64,000 nt of DNA from an uncultured Gammaproteobacteria bacterium (GTDB lineage Bacteria; Patescibacteriota; Patescibacteriia; UBA9934; CAZDDW01). The DNA lies in assembly GCA_965231015.1 (NCBI GenBank), contig OZ246408.1:211755-275754 (forward strand), written 5' to 3'. The notes under the pieces are model-generated. The model was not told the DNA's origin. It was given only the letters and a program-made list of their open reading frames with translations, and did no database searches. Below, in pieces: positions 30,079 through 40,237 of this stretch. Position 1 is the stretch's first letter; each line of letters begins with the position of its first letter. The position numbers were made by a program, and so were the translations under genes.

Positions 30079-30867
30079 CTAGGTAGGTATTTTGGGATCG
30101 AATCCGTGAGCTCTGGCAAAGGAATCCCAATAGTCAGGGCAGTCGATGAGTCGAGGATCAATGATACTCACCCCTTTTTTGATCTCATGAGCTACCCAAC
30201 CATCAAAGACTTCACCGTTTCCTTCGCGTAGGTTAGGACACATTCCTTGATTTGCATCAGAGTAATGCAGTTCGAAGGCCAGATCACATTCAGCTCTATA
30301 GGCCTCAATTTCTCTTTGCAACTTTTCCTCACACGGGTTTTCACCCTTGTACAAGCTTCCCTCAATAGTTTGCTCGTAGTGAATACTTTCGTGGTAGAGC
30401 GAAAGCCACATCTCAATTGAATCCCGACGGGTTGACATGCTGGCTAAATAGATTGGATTGACCCAAAGCTTAGTCGCATGTCCGTCCTCCAGAGAGTAAT
30501 AAACACCGGCTGTTGCCTGCCCCGTGTTTAGATTTTGGAACGAAAGGGGCAACCTTTCAGTATACACAGCATGCCGCAAAGTACCGTTGACTTTTTCTCT
30601 TGGATGACTCTCCATCAGTTTGTCCAGCCTTTGAGACAGCCCGGCGTTGATCTGGTCGGAAGGGAGGGCCAAGTTCAGTCTTTGGAAGACAGGTGGTGTT
30701 AACGGATCAATTCGTCTTGGTTTCTGATTTTCCGGATGCTCTGGTTTTGGTCGGTTTGATTCTTGTTCCGTAGATGCCGCGTTGTTATTCAATAGGCACA
30801 TAGCACCCAGAGTACAGATCAGAATTAACCCCAGCCACAGAATTCCGGAATTCTTTCTCTTTTGCAT
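30079..30867 (-). CDS. membrane-anchored/secreted zinc metalloprotease-like protein
   Basis: N-terminal TM; HESIH (HExxH) plus downstream EIEAY glutamate (gluzincin-like); SD AAGGAGG; promoter TTGACA-17-TATTGT (30993-30965). Confidence 0.65.
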   Translation of the reverse strand: MQKRKNSGILWLGLILICTLGAMCLLNNNAASTEQESNRPKPEHPENQKPRRIDPLTPPVFQRLNLALPSDQINAGLSQRLDKLMESHPREKVNGTLRHAVYTERLPLSFQNLNTGQATAGVYYSLEDGHATKLWVNPIYLASMSTRRDSIEMWLSLYHESIHYEQTIEGSLYKGENPCEEKLQREIEAYRAECDLAFELHYSDANQGMCPNLREGNGEVFDGWVAHEIKKGVSIIDPRLIDCPDYWDSFARAHGFDPKIPT

Positions 30868-31196
30868 TTTGTCCTCCTTTTGCTCATACCGAGCGAGTTG
30901 TTTGGTCACAAGCATGGGGTGACCAAGGGGCAGAGTCTCGTGATTTGTAATGATCGAACAAAATACAATATCACAGATTCAGTGATTTGTCAAGAGTTTT
31001 TTAGCTAAATTTAGCCAAATTTTGTCAATAAAAAATAACGCAACTTTTTTGCTAAAACTAAAACAGAATCAAAAAACATGTCAAGAAGTCTTAACAGAAT
31101 TTCTTGATTTTTATGTTATTTTAGCTAAATATTTCTTGACATTTTATCTTGAACCTGCTATATTATTTTCTTAATCTTTCTCATGAGGAGATCAGT

Positions 31197-31490
31197 ATGA
31201 CAAAAGAACGCAAAGTCAAGGTCTACGGCAACATTATGCTCGTGGCCATCATCATCTTTCTGGTCTTTGCCTATCCGGCCCAAATCGTTCAAATGACCAC
31301 GGCCTGGTCTGTGGAAGGGTTGTCGGTTTGGCAGTATTTTTTGAACCTTGGCATTCAGATTGTAGCTGTTTACTACGGTTGGAATCTGGCTCAAAAACCG
31401 ATCTGGGTACCGGCTATCTTTAACGGCGTGCTCTGTTCGGTCATAATTGTTCTATATTTCATCATCAAATTCTATCCTCTCGCAGGGTAA
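31197..31490 (+). CDS. SemiSWEET / PQ-loop family small transporter
   Basis: three TM segments, AYPAQI, SVEGLS, YG, PI...N pattern; SD GAGGAG; promoter TTGACA-17-TATATT (31136-31164). Confidence 0.7.
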   Translation: MTKERKVKVYGNIMLVAIIIFLVFAYPAQIVQMTTAWSVEGLSVWQYFLNLGIQIVAVYYGWNLAQKPIWVPAIFNGVLCSVIIVLYFIIKFYPLAG

Positions 31491-31754
31491 CTCCCCTAAA
31501 TCGAGCTTCTTGAACCCGTGTTTATATGACGCGGGTTAATCTTTTTCAAATGTTATCCACGTTTAGATGTCAGCAAACATTAACACAAAATTTAAGCTCA
31601 AGTTTGGCTTGAGTCTTTTTGTTTTGTCAAAATAGACAAGACAGTTTTTTGGCTAATTTATGCACAAAATCAACTTGACGATCGATTTTTGTCGTGGTTA
31701 TATGACATTAGAACGTTCAAAGCACACCTCAAACATAATAGAGCCACGAGGAAA

Positions 31755-31986
31755 TTGAAAGATTGAGACAACTGTTTAACTCGGTCCGCTAATTCCGGAT
31801 GGAATAAGTAAGTCGAGTTAGCCCCACGATTAAACGGTGCTCAGTTTTAAGCATAATTAAAGCCGGGTTCTGCTCCATGGTTCAGGGCGCGATCAGCAAG
31901 AGGGGAGTCTGCTGGTCGCCCATGAATCATTTTACTCCTACGTCTCCTTGGCTAAATCCTAACGGATTCCCCAAGCCAAGGAGGCG
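31755..31986 (+). ncRNA. candidate structured 5' leader RNA of the M23 gene
   Basis: three long stem domains (31755-31850, 31877-31930, 31941-31986) with G-U pairs. Confidence 0.45.
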
Positions 31987-32045
31987 GTCGATCAGTGTTT
32001 GATCGAATTCGTCTCTTGTACCTTTCACAAGTTCAGGAGACAAAA

Positions 32046-33911
32046 ATGCAAAAGTTCATCACGGCTCTGGTGGTTTTTCTGGTGGCCGGCCTCACGCCGG
32101 CACCCATGGGATGTTCGGCGGGTTTCGATCCGGTCGATACCACCGCAACCACCGAAACCGGCGACCAGGGGGGTTACACCCCCACGGACGTGATCTACCC
32201 ACCCTTTGCCGCCGGCGAAGTCTACCAGTGCACGCAAGGCGTTGGCGGCAGCTATTCCCACAGCTCGGCCAGCACGTACGATGCCATCGACTTCGACACG
32301 CCCAACACCTACGACGTCGACGTGTACGCACCCTGTTCCGGCGTGGCGCGAGTGCATCATGACGCTTCGCCTTCTGGTTTCGGTATCCACGTCAACATCG
32401 ACCGCGGTGACGGAACCTACTGCTTGGTAGCACACCTCGCTGACGTGTTTGTGACCGATGGCGAGGACATCACACACGGTCAGTACATGGGCTTTGAGGG
32501 CTCAACCGGCTACAGCGACGGTGATCATGTGCACACGGCGTTGATGCAGGGTGACGCAAGCCAAATGGCTCAGTACGCCACCACGCTTCCGGTCAGCTTC
32601 TACGTCCGTGATGTCACTGCCGGTGGCGATTTCGCGGCCATTCCGGCCGAGGAATTCGTTTGCGGCATGAGCAACGGTCACTTCTACGAGTCCGGCCTGT
32701 CGGTCGCCAACTGGGTGCCTGATGGGACGCTCATGAAGTATCCGGGCGCAAGCGAAGTCTATGTGGTGGACGCCGATGAGCTCTACTGGATCGAAGACGA
32801 AGAGGTCTTCACAAGCTTCGGGTTTGAGATGAGCGAAATCGTGGCCATGGCCGAGATCACTTATTACGAGTGTCTGGGCGAGGCTTCGGACCTGATCGAT
32901 TGGACCACGGAGTACCGTGGGCTCATCGATGACGACGGCGTGACCTGGATCGCGTTCGAGCCGGCTGATGACCCGGGGCGGTTCCGCTTGCCAATTCAAC
33001 CCTACCAGGAAGAAGGCGCGGTCTTGACCATGATCGATTCCTGGGGGCTCCAGGGTGTCTATGGCATGTACCAGCAGGAGTCAGCCGAGCTCATCGAGTA
33101 CCCGATTGGCAACGGCTACGCGCTGTTGCGCGACGGAACGCTCGTCACCGAGCAGGGTGACTCGACCGTGTACGCGATTCACGAAGGTCTGGCTCTGCCG
33201 ATCGATTCATGGGACACGCTCGTGCTCATGGGTTTTTCCGAGCGTCGCGTTCACACCGTGCCCGAAGGAACGCTCGAGCAAATGGTGCTCGACGTTGGCA
33301 GTTGCTCGGCTGGGATCGGGTGCATTACCCGCGACGTGGTTACTGGCTGCGGAACCGGACTCGACCTGTCGCTCCTCGACACTGACCCGGACTGGGGCGG
33401 CATCGGGGACGATGACGTCGGGGACGACGATGATGTCTCGGATGACGATGACTCGGATCCGGGAGATGACGACGACACCGCAGACGACGATGACACCGGT
33501 GATGACGATGACGTCGGGGACGACGATGACGACGACACCATGGCTGACCCATGGATGTTGCTCGAAATCTATGCTGGGCTCACCGGCGCTCCGGCTGACT
33601 ACATCTGGCTCCAGGGTGAGCTCCTTGACGAGAATGGCCTGACGGCTGGCGGCGGTTTCTGGTGGGCCTCGCTCGGGATTGAGTACACGACCAACTCCAT
33701 TGAATGGAGCGCGTACGTGCAGCCCGACTGGACCTTCCGCTACTCCGTGGAATTCGAGCGCTATTCCGTAGTGGCCTGGTCCTGTTCCACTCCGTTCCCG
33801 CCCGGAACCTACAACATGGACCTCACGGCCATGGTCGATGGCACACCGATCATGATCGATCTCATCGACAACTACCTCGGCGGCTGTGAGCTCTGGATCG
33901 AGGTGCCGTGA
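32046..33911 (+). CDS. secreted/lipoprotein M23 family peptidoglycan endopeptidase with Asp-rich linker
   Basis: HxxxxxxxAIDF, VAHL, GSTGYSDGDHVH M23 motifs; two DGTL..VY repeat domains; GDDD repeats; SD CAGGAG; GC-rich. Confidence 0.88.
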   Translation: MQKFITALVVFLVAGLTPAPMGCSAGFDPVDTTATTETGDQGGYTPTDVIYPPFAAGEVYQCTQGVGGSYSHSSASTYDAIDFDTPNTYDVDVYAPCSGVARVHHDASPSGFGIHVNIDRGDGTYCLVAHLADVFVTDGEDITHGQYMGFEGSTGYSDGDHVHTALMQGDASQMAQYATTLPVSFYVRDVTAGGDFAAIPAEEFVCGMSNGHFYESGLSVANWVPDGTLMKYPGASEVYVVDADELYWIEDEEVFTSFGFEMSEIVAMAEITYYECLGEASDLIDWTTEYRGLIDDDGVTWIAFEPADDPGRFRLPIQPYQEEGAVLTMIDSWGLQGVYGMYQQESAELIEYPIGNGYALLRDGTLVTEQGDSTVYAIHEGLALPIDSWDTLVLMGFSERRVHTVPEGTLEQMVLDVGSCSAGIGCITRDVVTGCGTGLDLSLLDTDPDWGGIGDDDVGDDDDVSDDDDSDPGDDDDTADDDDTGDDDDVGDDDDDDTMADPWMLLEIYAGLTGAPADYIWLQGELLDENGLTAGGGFWWASLGIEYTTNSIEWSAYVQPDWTFRYSVEFERYSVVAWSCSTPFPPGTYNMDLTAMVDGTPIMIDLIDNYLGGCELWIEVP

Positions 33912-33925
33912 TCTCAACACAAAAG

Positions 33926-33949
33926 GGTCAACAGCCGTTGACCACTACA
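33926..33949 (-). repeat. GTAG-type REP upstream of the RAYT gene
   Basis: minus strand TGTAGTGGTCAACGGCTGTTGACC. Confidence 0.6.
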
Positions 33950-33953
33950 CCGC

Positions 33954-33989
33954 ATCCGGCCTGACGTTCTGTTAGGCCGGATATTTTTT
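33954..33989 (+). terminator. intrinsic terminator after the M23 gene
   Basis: ATCCGGCCTGAC-GTTCT-GTTAGGCCGGAT followed by T run. Confidence 0.8.
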
Positions 33990-34472
33990 ATGAACAGACA
34001 TTCAATTCGATTTCAAAATTTAAATTATGCTCAACCCGGTTTTTATTTCGTGACATTTTGTACGCAAAATAGGGAACGATTGTTTGAACATGATGATGTC
34101 ATCGATACGATTAATTATATCTGGCGCGATTTACCGAACCGGTTTAATGATATCGTGGTTGATGATTGGATTGTGATGCCCGATCATTTTCATGGGATTA
34201 TTGTTTTGGGTGCATCGAATTTTGATGTAGGGGCCTCTACATTAGGAAATGTTATAGGTGCATTTAAATCAATTACAACCGACGCCTATATTCACGGTGT
34301 TAAACACCACAATTAGATACCGTTTGAGGGCAGATTGTGGCAACGAAATTATTTTGAACGGGTGATTCGAAATGAGGAAGAGTCAGACCAAATAAGGGAA
34401 TATACTCGTCTCAATCCTGAGCTTAAAAACGAACAAGAAGACGATCCCTGTACAATCCACAATCAGGCTTAA
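33990..34472 (+). pseudogene. REP-associated tyrosine transposase (RAYT, Y1/IS200-like) with in-frame TAG
   Basis: RHSIR..YFVTFCT, MPDHFHGI (HUH), FKS; after TAG 34314-34316 the same frame continues IPFEGRLWQRNYFERVIRNEEE..IREYTRLNP to TAA 34472. Confidence 0.85.
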
Positions 34473-34518
34473 AAAAGGCGAGCCTTGAGCCTCAAATTGT
34501 GCTATACTAACAACATCT

Positions 34519-37290
34519 ATGAAACGTTTTATAGAAGGGGTAAAAACCCAACTTTTTAAGCTTGCTACAGATCCGCGTAAACGATTTTTGCTGATCATTG
34601 CATTTGTCGCTATTTTTGCGATTTTTTTCGTTGCCGTAGATCCTGCTATGGCTGCTGATGAAAGCACAGACGACTTTGATTTCATGACCTGGCTCATGAC
34701 TCAAATGGCGCAGTGGTTATTAAACATTACACAAATAATCGGTCAGGTCATTGTGGCTTTGGTGGGAGTATTGGTTCAAATCATTCAATACAATGGTTTT
34801 TCCAATTCTCAAGTGATCGGTCTTGGTTGGGCTTTAGTGCGCGACACACTAAACATCGGATTCATTGCTGTGCTTATTTTGGTGGCTCTGGGAACGATTG
34901 TTTTTGGCGAAAGTGGAGCCGGGGGAAGATTCAACTGGCGAAAAAATCTCCCGAACATTGTTATTTTTGCCATTCTCATTAATTTCAGCCGGTTGTTTTG
35001 CGGGATCATGATTGATATCAGCAACGTGATCATGCTTACATTTGTCAACGGAATTAAAGATATTGCTGGTGGAAATATTATCCAACTCTTTGGGTTAAGT
35101 AGCATCATGAGTTTTAGTGAGAAATCCGTTCAGGCATCAATTGATGCAGGAACCGGGTTAACCGCTTTTTCCATGCTGGCCGCTTCCTTGCTCGCTTTGC
35201 TGATGATGTCCATTGTGCTTCTGACCATGATCACCATGATCGCCATGCTTGGAGCCCGGATCGTGATTTTGTGGGTTTTGGTAGTTCTTTCTCCGGCCGC
35301 ATTTTTTGCCGGAGCCGCCAAAAATGTATTACAGGGTCAAGCTATGAAGGTTTACAGTGATTGGTGGGCTAACTTCACTGGTGCTCTGGCCGTTGGTCCG
35401 ATTTTAGTATTTGTTTTATGGTTAGCTCTGGCCGTAGCCGGTTCCGGCAGTATTGCCAGCGAGTTTGCTGTGGACGGAGGTACCGAGGCTGATGCTTTTG
35501 TGTCTGACATTCCGAACCAGGTTTTTGAACGGGACAATCTTATCAGTTTTATAATTGGAATTTTAATCATGTTTGTCGGATTTGATATCGCGGTCAAGAC
35601 CGCTTCGGCGTTACCGGGCGGCTTTAAGAGTTTGGTTGGTCCCGGTTTGGCGGCTCGAGCTTTGCGAACTGCAGCTGTGACCACGGCGCGTGTGGGCTAC
35701 CGCGGCGCTCGTGGCGCGGCCGGACTTGGGGTTGGTGCTGCTGCCGGTGCTCTTCGAAAAGGTGGTCAAGCGGCTCGTTGGGGAGCCGGCCTTGCTGGTG
35801 GTGCTTTGGCAGAAAATATTCGTCTTAAACCTCCAACTTATGACGCAAAAACCGGAAAGCTGAAAGAGGGTGAAAAAGAGGTTCGTGTGAAAGACATCAA
35901 GGCTTATGCCGCGGATCAGTTAAAGGCCGCTGGTATGCGCGGAATTGCCAAGGGGGTTCCCGGAGCCGGTTATGTCACCCAGTATGCGGCTGAAGTTGGT
36001 GCGGCTGATCGAGGCAAAAAAGCTGCTTTACTTAATAATGCTATTGATAAACAAAAAGTGATGGGCAAGGATGAATTGTTGGCGATTGCCTCGAACCCTA
36101 ATCCGGCCATGAGTGCAGAAGAAAATGCCCGCCGCCAGGCCGCTCGTTATCAGTTGTTGACCCAGTTTAAACATAGGAAAGATCTAGACAGCAATCAGGT
36201 AAAGGCTCTGAAAACAGACTTTAATGAGGGTGGAGGTAAGGAACTTATTGAGGGAGATGAGAACAAAAAAGAGGCTATGCTCAAAGCCGGACACAAGCGT
36301 TTGGATATGTTCAAAGGCGATTGGCGCGACCCTGATTCTGATCTTGGTAAGGCGATTACCGGGCTTGAAGGAAAAGACTTTAAGGATCTTGATTCACAGG
36401 CTTTACAAGACCCTCGAATTCAAGAAATGCTCAAAGAAAAACAAATGTTTGTTAAGAGTGAGAACAGAGATATTCCAGTTTGGGATGCTTTGAAGAGAGT
36501 TGGAAAAGAAGCCCATAAGAGGGAGATTGCTTCTGTTGAATCTGGTGGTCAAAATTATGAGGATTTAGCCAAAGCTATGGGGCAACAGCAGGTTAATTTG
36601 CAGGCCAAAATTGAACAGTCTCCAGCTGGTGAGCGAGCTCAGTTGCGTGAGGAAATGGCTCGTATGCGCACAGCTCAAGCTGGGGCAACTCAAGATTTTA
36701 TTGAAAGAAACCCAGCCTTTCTGTCTCAGGCCAAAGCAACAGATCTGGCCGCCGGTGGTGGGGTTTTGGCTCAAAATGTAGCTGTTTCAGGAACCCCTCG
36801 TCAGATTAGGGATGCAACGGCTAGCGATGAAAAGCGAACTGAGTTTTTGTCGCAAACCAGTGAAGATCGCATGCGCGGTCTTGGTTATACCGACGATCAA
36901 GTGTTTGAGGCTCGAGCCGGCAGATTTATAGCGTCAGGCAGCTCAGACGATCTTGGACCAAGTGCTGAGCGGGGAGCGGTGATTCAGCGTGTTGTTGAGC
37001 GTGGTGGTCCGAAAGAAGTTAATAATTTGATTCAAGTTGCAAATTCTCAAGAAGGGGCGGCGGCTCAAGAAGCGGCTCGAATTGAAGTGGCTGAATCATT
37101 TGATAAGAGTAAGGTTGAATCAATTTTGAATGATTTCGAAACTGCAACCGGGGAACAAAAAGAACAGTTGCGCCAGAATCTTTCCGGTCTCAAAGAAACC
37201 TTCAGTCAGATTCGTGATGTAAATATGACCGGTGAGATGCAGGAGATTAAGAAGATGCTTGAGCTCAAGGACTACAAGTACGAAGGTTAA
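34519..37290 (+). CDS. VirB6/TrbL-like polytopic membrane protein with long C-terminal tail
   Basis: GWALVRDTLN, LINFSRLFCGIMIDISN, ARIVILWVLVVLSPAAF; upstream of PrgI and VirB4. Confidence 0.75.
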   Translation: MKRFIEGVKTQLFKLATDPRKRFLLIIAFVAIFAIFFVAVDPAMAADESTDDFDFMTWLMTQMAQWLLNITQIIGQVIVALVGVLVQIIQYNGFSNSQVIGLGWALVRDTLNIGFIAVLILVALGTIVFGESGAGGRFNWRKNLPNIVIFAILINFSRLFCGIMIDISNVIMLTFVNGIKDIAGGNIIQLFGLSSIMSFSEKSVQASIDAGTGLTAFSMLAASLLALLMMSIVLLTMITMIAMLGARIVILWVLVVLSPAAFFAGAAKNVLQGQAMKVYSDWWANFTGALAVGPILVFVLWLALAVAGSGSIASEFAVDGGTEADAFVSDIPNQVFERDNLISFIIGILIMFVGFDIAVKTASALPGGFKSLVGPGLAARALRTAAVTTARVGYRGARGAAGLGVGAAAGALRKGGQAARWGAGLAGGALAENIRLKPPTYDAKTGKLKEGEKEVRVKDIKAYAADQLKAAGMRGIAKGVPGAGYVTQYAAEVGAADRGKKAALLNNAIDKQKVMGKDELLAIASNPNPAMSAEENARRQAARYQLLTQFKHRKDLDSNQVKALKTDFNEGGGKELIEGDENKKEAMLKAGHKRLDMFKGDWRDPDSDLGKAITGLEGKDFKDLDSQALQDPRIQEMLKEKQMFVKSENRDIPVWDALKRVGKEAHKREIASVESGGQNYEDLAKAMGQQQVNLQAKIEQSPAGERAQLREEMARMRTAQAGATQDFIERNPAFLSQAKATDLAAGGGVLAQNVAVSGTPRQIRDATASDEKRTEFLSQTSEDRMRGLGYTDDQVFEARAGRFIASGSSDDLGPSAERGAVIQRVVERGGPKEVNNLIQVANSQEGAAAQEAARIEVAESFDKSKVESILNDFETATGEQKEQLRQNLSGLKETFSQIRDVNMTGEMQEIKKMLELKDYKYEG

Positions 37291-37299
37291 TAAACTATT

Positions 37300-39111
37300 A
37301 TGGATGACTTGGTCCAACTCGATAAGGATGTCCTTAAGTTCCTGAACAGTTATGATTTACTGTCCAGGATTCTTAAAGTTTTAGAAGAACACCAGCTTGA
37401 TGAAAGTGCGTATAAAAAAGTAGCACCGATCATTGACAGGATTGTGGACGCGCCTCAAAACATGAGCCGTCTACCAAGTGAGATCGGAAAAGTGCTTAAC
37501 CTAAATCAAGCTAAAGCCAAACGATTAGCAACGGATTTGGCCGGATTTTGGTTGTTGCCACTCGAGGCACACCTGGGTGATGTATCCGGGTTAATTGTGA
37601 AGTGGGGAGGTGATCTTAGCCGCTACCCAAAAGATACGGTGGCTAAAAAATCGATTAATCCAATGCAATTCACCCGTGAGACTTTGTCGACTCTAGGGGT
37701 GAAGATGGAAGAACCGGCCATGAAGAATAGGTTGGAATATGTTTTAAGTACTTTAGTGCGCGGTGTGCGAACTCCGGATGATGCCAAGCGAGTTATGGTA
37801 CGCGGTAAAAAGGTGGGTGGATTAGAAATGAGTAAAGAAGAAGCAGATAAATTGGTGGATCATTTTGTAGCCAAGATGGAGAACGTGGAGATTGATCGTG
37901 GGCCGGCTGTACCAGTTGATGGGGTGGAAACAAAAAAAGCACCACCGGTTAAAGAAAAACCAAGGCCGGAGGCGGTTAAAGAGATTCAGAAATTGAAAAA
38001 AACGGTCAAAACCAAAAAGAGAGAAGAAGATGAAAAGAAAAAGAAGCCTGAACCGACTCCTAAAAAATCACAACTCGAAGTCAAATCGAAAGCATCTTTT
38101 TCAGTAGAAACCTTTTCTGATGAAGATGAAACCGAGGTCAAGGCCGCGGCCAAAAAAATTGCCAAAGCTCCGTCCAGCCCGGTCTCGATTGAAAAAACAG
38201 TTGATAAAGTAATAAAAGAGGCCGGAATCAAGTTTAAGACTTTGGAGGGTGAAAAACGATTTAGGAAAATCGTAGAAACGCGCTTGCGTGACGTTCGTGA
38301 CGCGCTTGAAACACGCGATATTTTGGAAGACAAAGTTGAACAGGGTGGACTAGGTCTTCAGGGAGCTCGTTTGGCTGATGTCATAGAATTGATTGAAAGG
38401 GCTTATAATGATCATGCATCAAAGTTGGGTGAACAAAAAGCCAAAGAAAAGCAGAAATATTTGCAAAAACGAAAAGAAGCTGAGTCAGGGAAAGCTGACC
38501 TTGCCCGCGCCGAAGCCGATGTTTTAGCTAAGCGTTATGCCAGCCTGACCGGAAAAGCCCCATCACATCTTGTTACCCCGGCGGCTCCTACCGCGGCCAA
38601 GGTTAGCGCTTCCCGAGGAAGTGAAACGGATTTAAAGGAAGCAGCGTCAAAAATTGATCAGGACAAAGTTAAACGGGTCATGGCCAAACCAAGTCAGCCA
38701 GCACAAGCCGATGCACACCTGTCAGCGGCTAGTGTTGCTAAGCAATCAGGACAGAGACCGCAGGTGCAGGATGTGGCTCGGGCTCGGAAGCTGGTTGGTC
38801 CGATTGATGAACTCGGCAATATGAATACAGTTAGTTTTCGTCGGTTGTCGTCTGATCCGGACGAAGCGGTTTTAAAAATTAGGGATAAAATTGAACTTTT
38901 AGAAGCGGATTCTTACGCTAAGCGCTTAAAGGGAATCAAAGCTTGGCAGCAAAGTCCTTTATATAAGCTGTACTTGCAGGTGATGCGGGAGTCATTGGTG
39001 CGTGGTTTACAGGTTAAAGATATTGCCGGGGAAATTGGGTCAGCTGAACAGGCTTTAAAGCCCGAAGAGGTGCAAAGTATCCGAAAACTGAACAAACAGC
39101 TAAAATTTTGA
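37300..39111 (+). CDS. conserved CPR hypothetical protein in T4SS-like cluster
   Basis: long ORF, Lys/Glu-rich linker, GPIDEL..FRRL..WQQSPLY C-terminus. Confidence 0.75.
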   Translation: MDDLVQLDKDVLKFLNSYDLLSRILKVLEEHQLDESAYKKVAPIIDRIVDAPQNMSRLPSEIGKVLNLNQAKAKRLATDLAGFWLLPLEAHLGDVSGLIVKWGGDLSRYPKDTVAKKSINPMQFTRETLSTLGVKMEEPAMKNRLEYVLSTLVRGVRTPDDAKRVMVRGKKVGGLEMSKEEADKLVDHFVAKMENVEIDRGPAVPVDGVETKKAPPVKEKPRPEAVKEIQKLKKTVKTKKREEDEKKKKPEPTPKKSQLEVKSKASFSVETFSDEDETEVKAAAKKIAKAPSSPVSIEKTVDKVIKEAGIKFKTLEGEKRFRKIVETRLRDVRDALETRDILEDKVEQGGLGLQGARLADVIELIERAYNDHASKLGEQKAKEKQKYLQKRKEAESGKADLARAEADVLAKRYASLTGKAPSHLVTPAAPTAAKVSASRGSETDLKEAASKIDQDKVKRVMAKPSQPAQADAHLSAASVAKQSGQRPQVQDVARARKLVGPIDELGNMNTVSFRRLSSDPDEAVLKIRDKIELLEADSYAKRLKGIKAWQQSPLYKLYLQVMRESLVRGLQVKDIAGEIGSAEQALKPEEVQSIRKLNKQLKF

Positions 39112-39123
39112 TAGAATACACTC

Positions 39124-39552
39124 ATGGATCAGTTTGTGGTTCCACAATTTATCGACGTTGAAGACAAGATTATCGGGCCTGTTTCGACCCGACAGTTTAT
39201 TTTAATGCTCTTTCCATTGTTAATTGGAGCGCTTTTCTGGAAACTTTTTACCTTGATGTATTTCATTATTTTTATCATTCCGGTCCTGATTATTTTCGGA
39301 TTACTGGCTTTTTTCAAGATCAACGGTATGCCGTTACACTTTTTCTTGTTAAATTTGATACAAAGTTTGCGCAAGCCGCGACTCCGTGTTTGGGACAAGT
39401 CTTTAACGGATGCTGAGTTAAGAGAAAGAATAAAGAAAGAAGAAGCTCCACCTCCACCTGCTCCATTACGTAAAGAACCAATTAGCTCAAGCCGTTTACA
39501 CGAGTTGACGTTGGTTGTGAACACCGGTGGAGTGTATCAACCTGAAGAATAA
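39124..39552 (+). CDS. PrgI family protein (VirB3-like)
   Basis: QFVVPQFIDVEDKIIGPVSTRQF; two TM segments. Confidence 0.88.
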   Translation: MDQFVVPQFIDVEDKIIGPVSTRQFILMLFPLLIGALFWKLFTLMYFIIFIIPVLIIFGLLAFFKINGMPLHFFLLNLIQSLRKPRLRVWDKSLTDAELRERIKKEEAPPPPAPLRKEPISSSRLHELTLVVNTGGVYQPEE

Positions 39553-39554
39553 TT

Positions 39555-40235
39555 ATGGCCAAGAAAAAATTAGCAAAACCAAAACCAGGACCTGCTACCC
39601 AACGTTATCTTGATATTTCCGAGGTCCGTGAGGATGTGGTCGTGATGAAGGATGGAACTATGCGAGCCGTGATTTTGGTTTCCAGCATTAACTTCGCCTT
39701 AAAGTCAGAAGATGAACAAATTGCCATTGTCCAGGCTTACATGTCTTTTTTGAATGGTTTAGATTATCCCCTGCAGGTTGTGGTGCAATCACGACGCATG
39801 AACATTGACTCGTATCTGACTTCCTTAAGAGAGAGATCTCGCGAAACTCTGAACGAAGCCTTGCGTGGGCAAATCAATGATTATCTGAGCTTTATTGAAG
39901 AATTAGTTACTTTAGGAGAGGTAATGCAAAAGCAGTTTTTTGTGGTCGTGCCATTTGATCCGACAACCGACAAGAAACGTAATTTTTGGCAGCGTTTAAG
40001 CGCGGCTGTTTCACCCGCTGTGCGAATTAAACTAAAGGACAAAGAGTTCAAAGAACGTCGGGATGATCTATTACGTCGCGCTGATTTGACGCTTGGCCAG
40101 CTAACGAGTATGGGTCTTTCCGGAACAGTGCTTGATACCCAAGGATTGATTGAACTTTATTACACAGTTTATAATCCTGACGTTTTTGATAAGGAGCGCA
40201 TGGTTGATTTAAACAAATTGAGAGTTGAACAATAA
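39555..40235 (+). CDS. VirB4-associated (TraC-like N-terminal) protein
   Basis: TQRYLDISEVR, SSINFALKSEDEQ, LIELYYTVYNP; between prgI and virB4. Confidence 0.78.
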   Translation: MAKKKLAKPKPGPATQRYLDISEVREDVVVMKDGTMRAVILVSSINFALKSEDEQIAIVQAYMSFLNGLDYPLQVVVQSRRMNIDSYLTSLRERSRETLNEALRGQINDYLSFIEELVTLGEVMQKQFFVVVPFDPTTDKKRNFWQRLSAAVSPAVRIKLKDKEFKERRDDLLRRADLTLGQLTSMGLSGTVLDTQGLIELYYTVYNPDVFDKERMVDLNKLRVEQ

Positions 40236-40237
40236 TT

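Noticed and set aside
33055-33920. Alternative-frame and antisense ORFs over the GC-rich genes (also 27949-28524, 40-534, 53954-54691)
   Set aside because: Shadow ORFs produced by codon bias and Asp repeats; no motifs or start signals.
34314-34316. Programmed TAG readthrough or pyrrolysine in RAYT
   Set aside because: A single TGG-to-TAG change is simpler; TAG ends other genes here and no pyl genes are seen.
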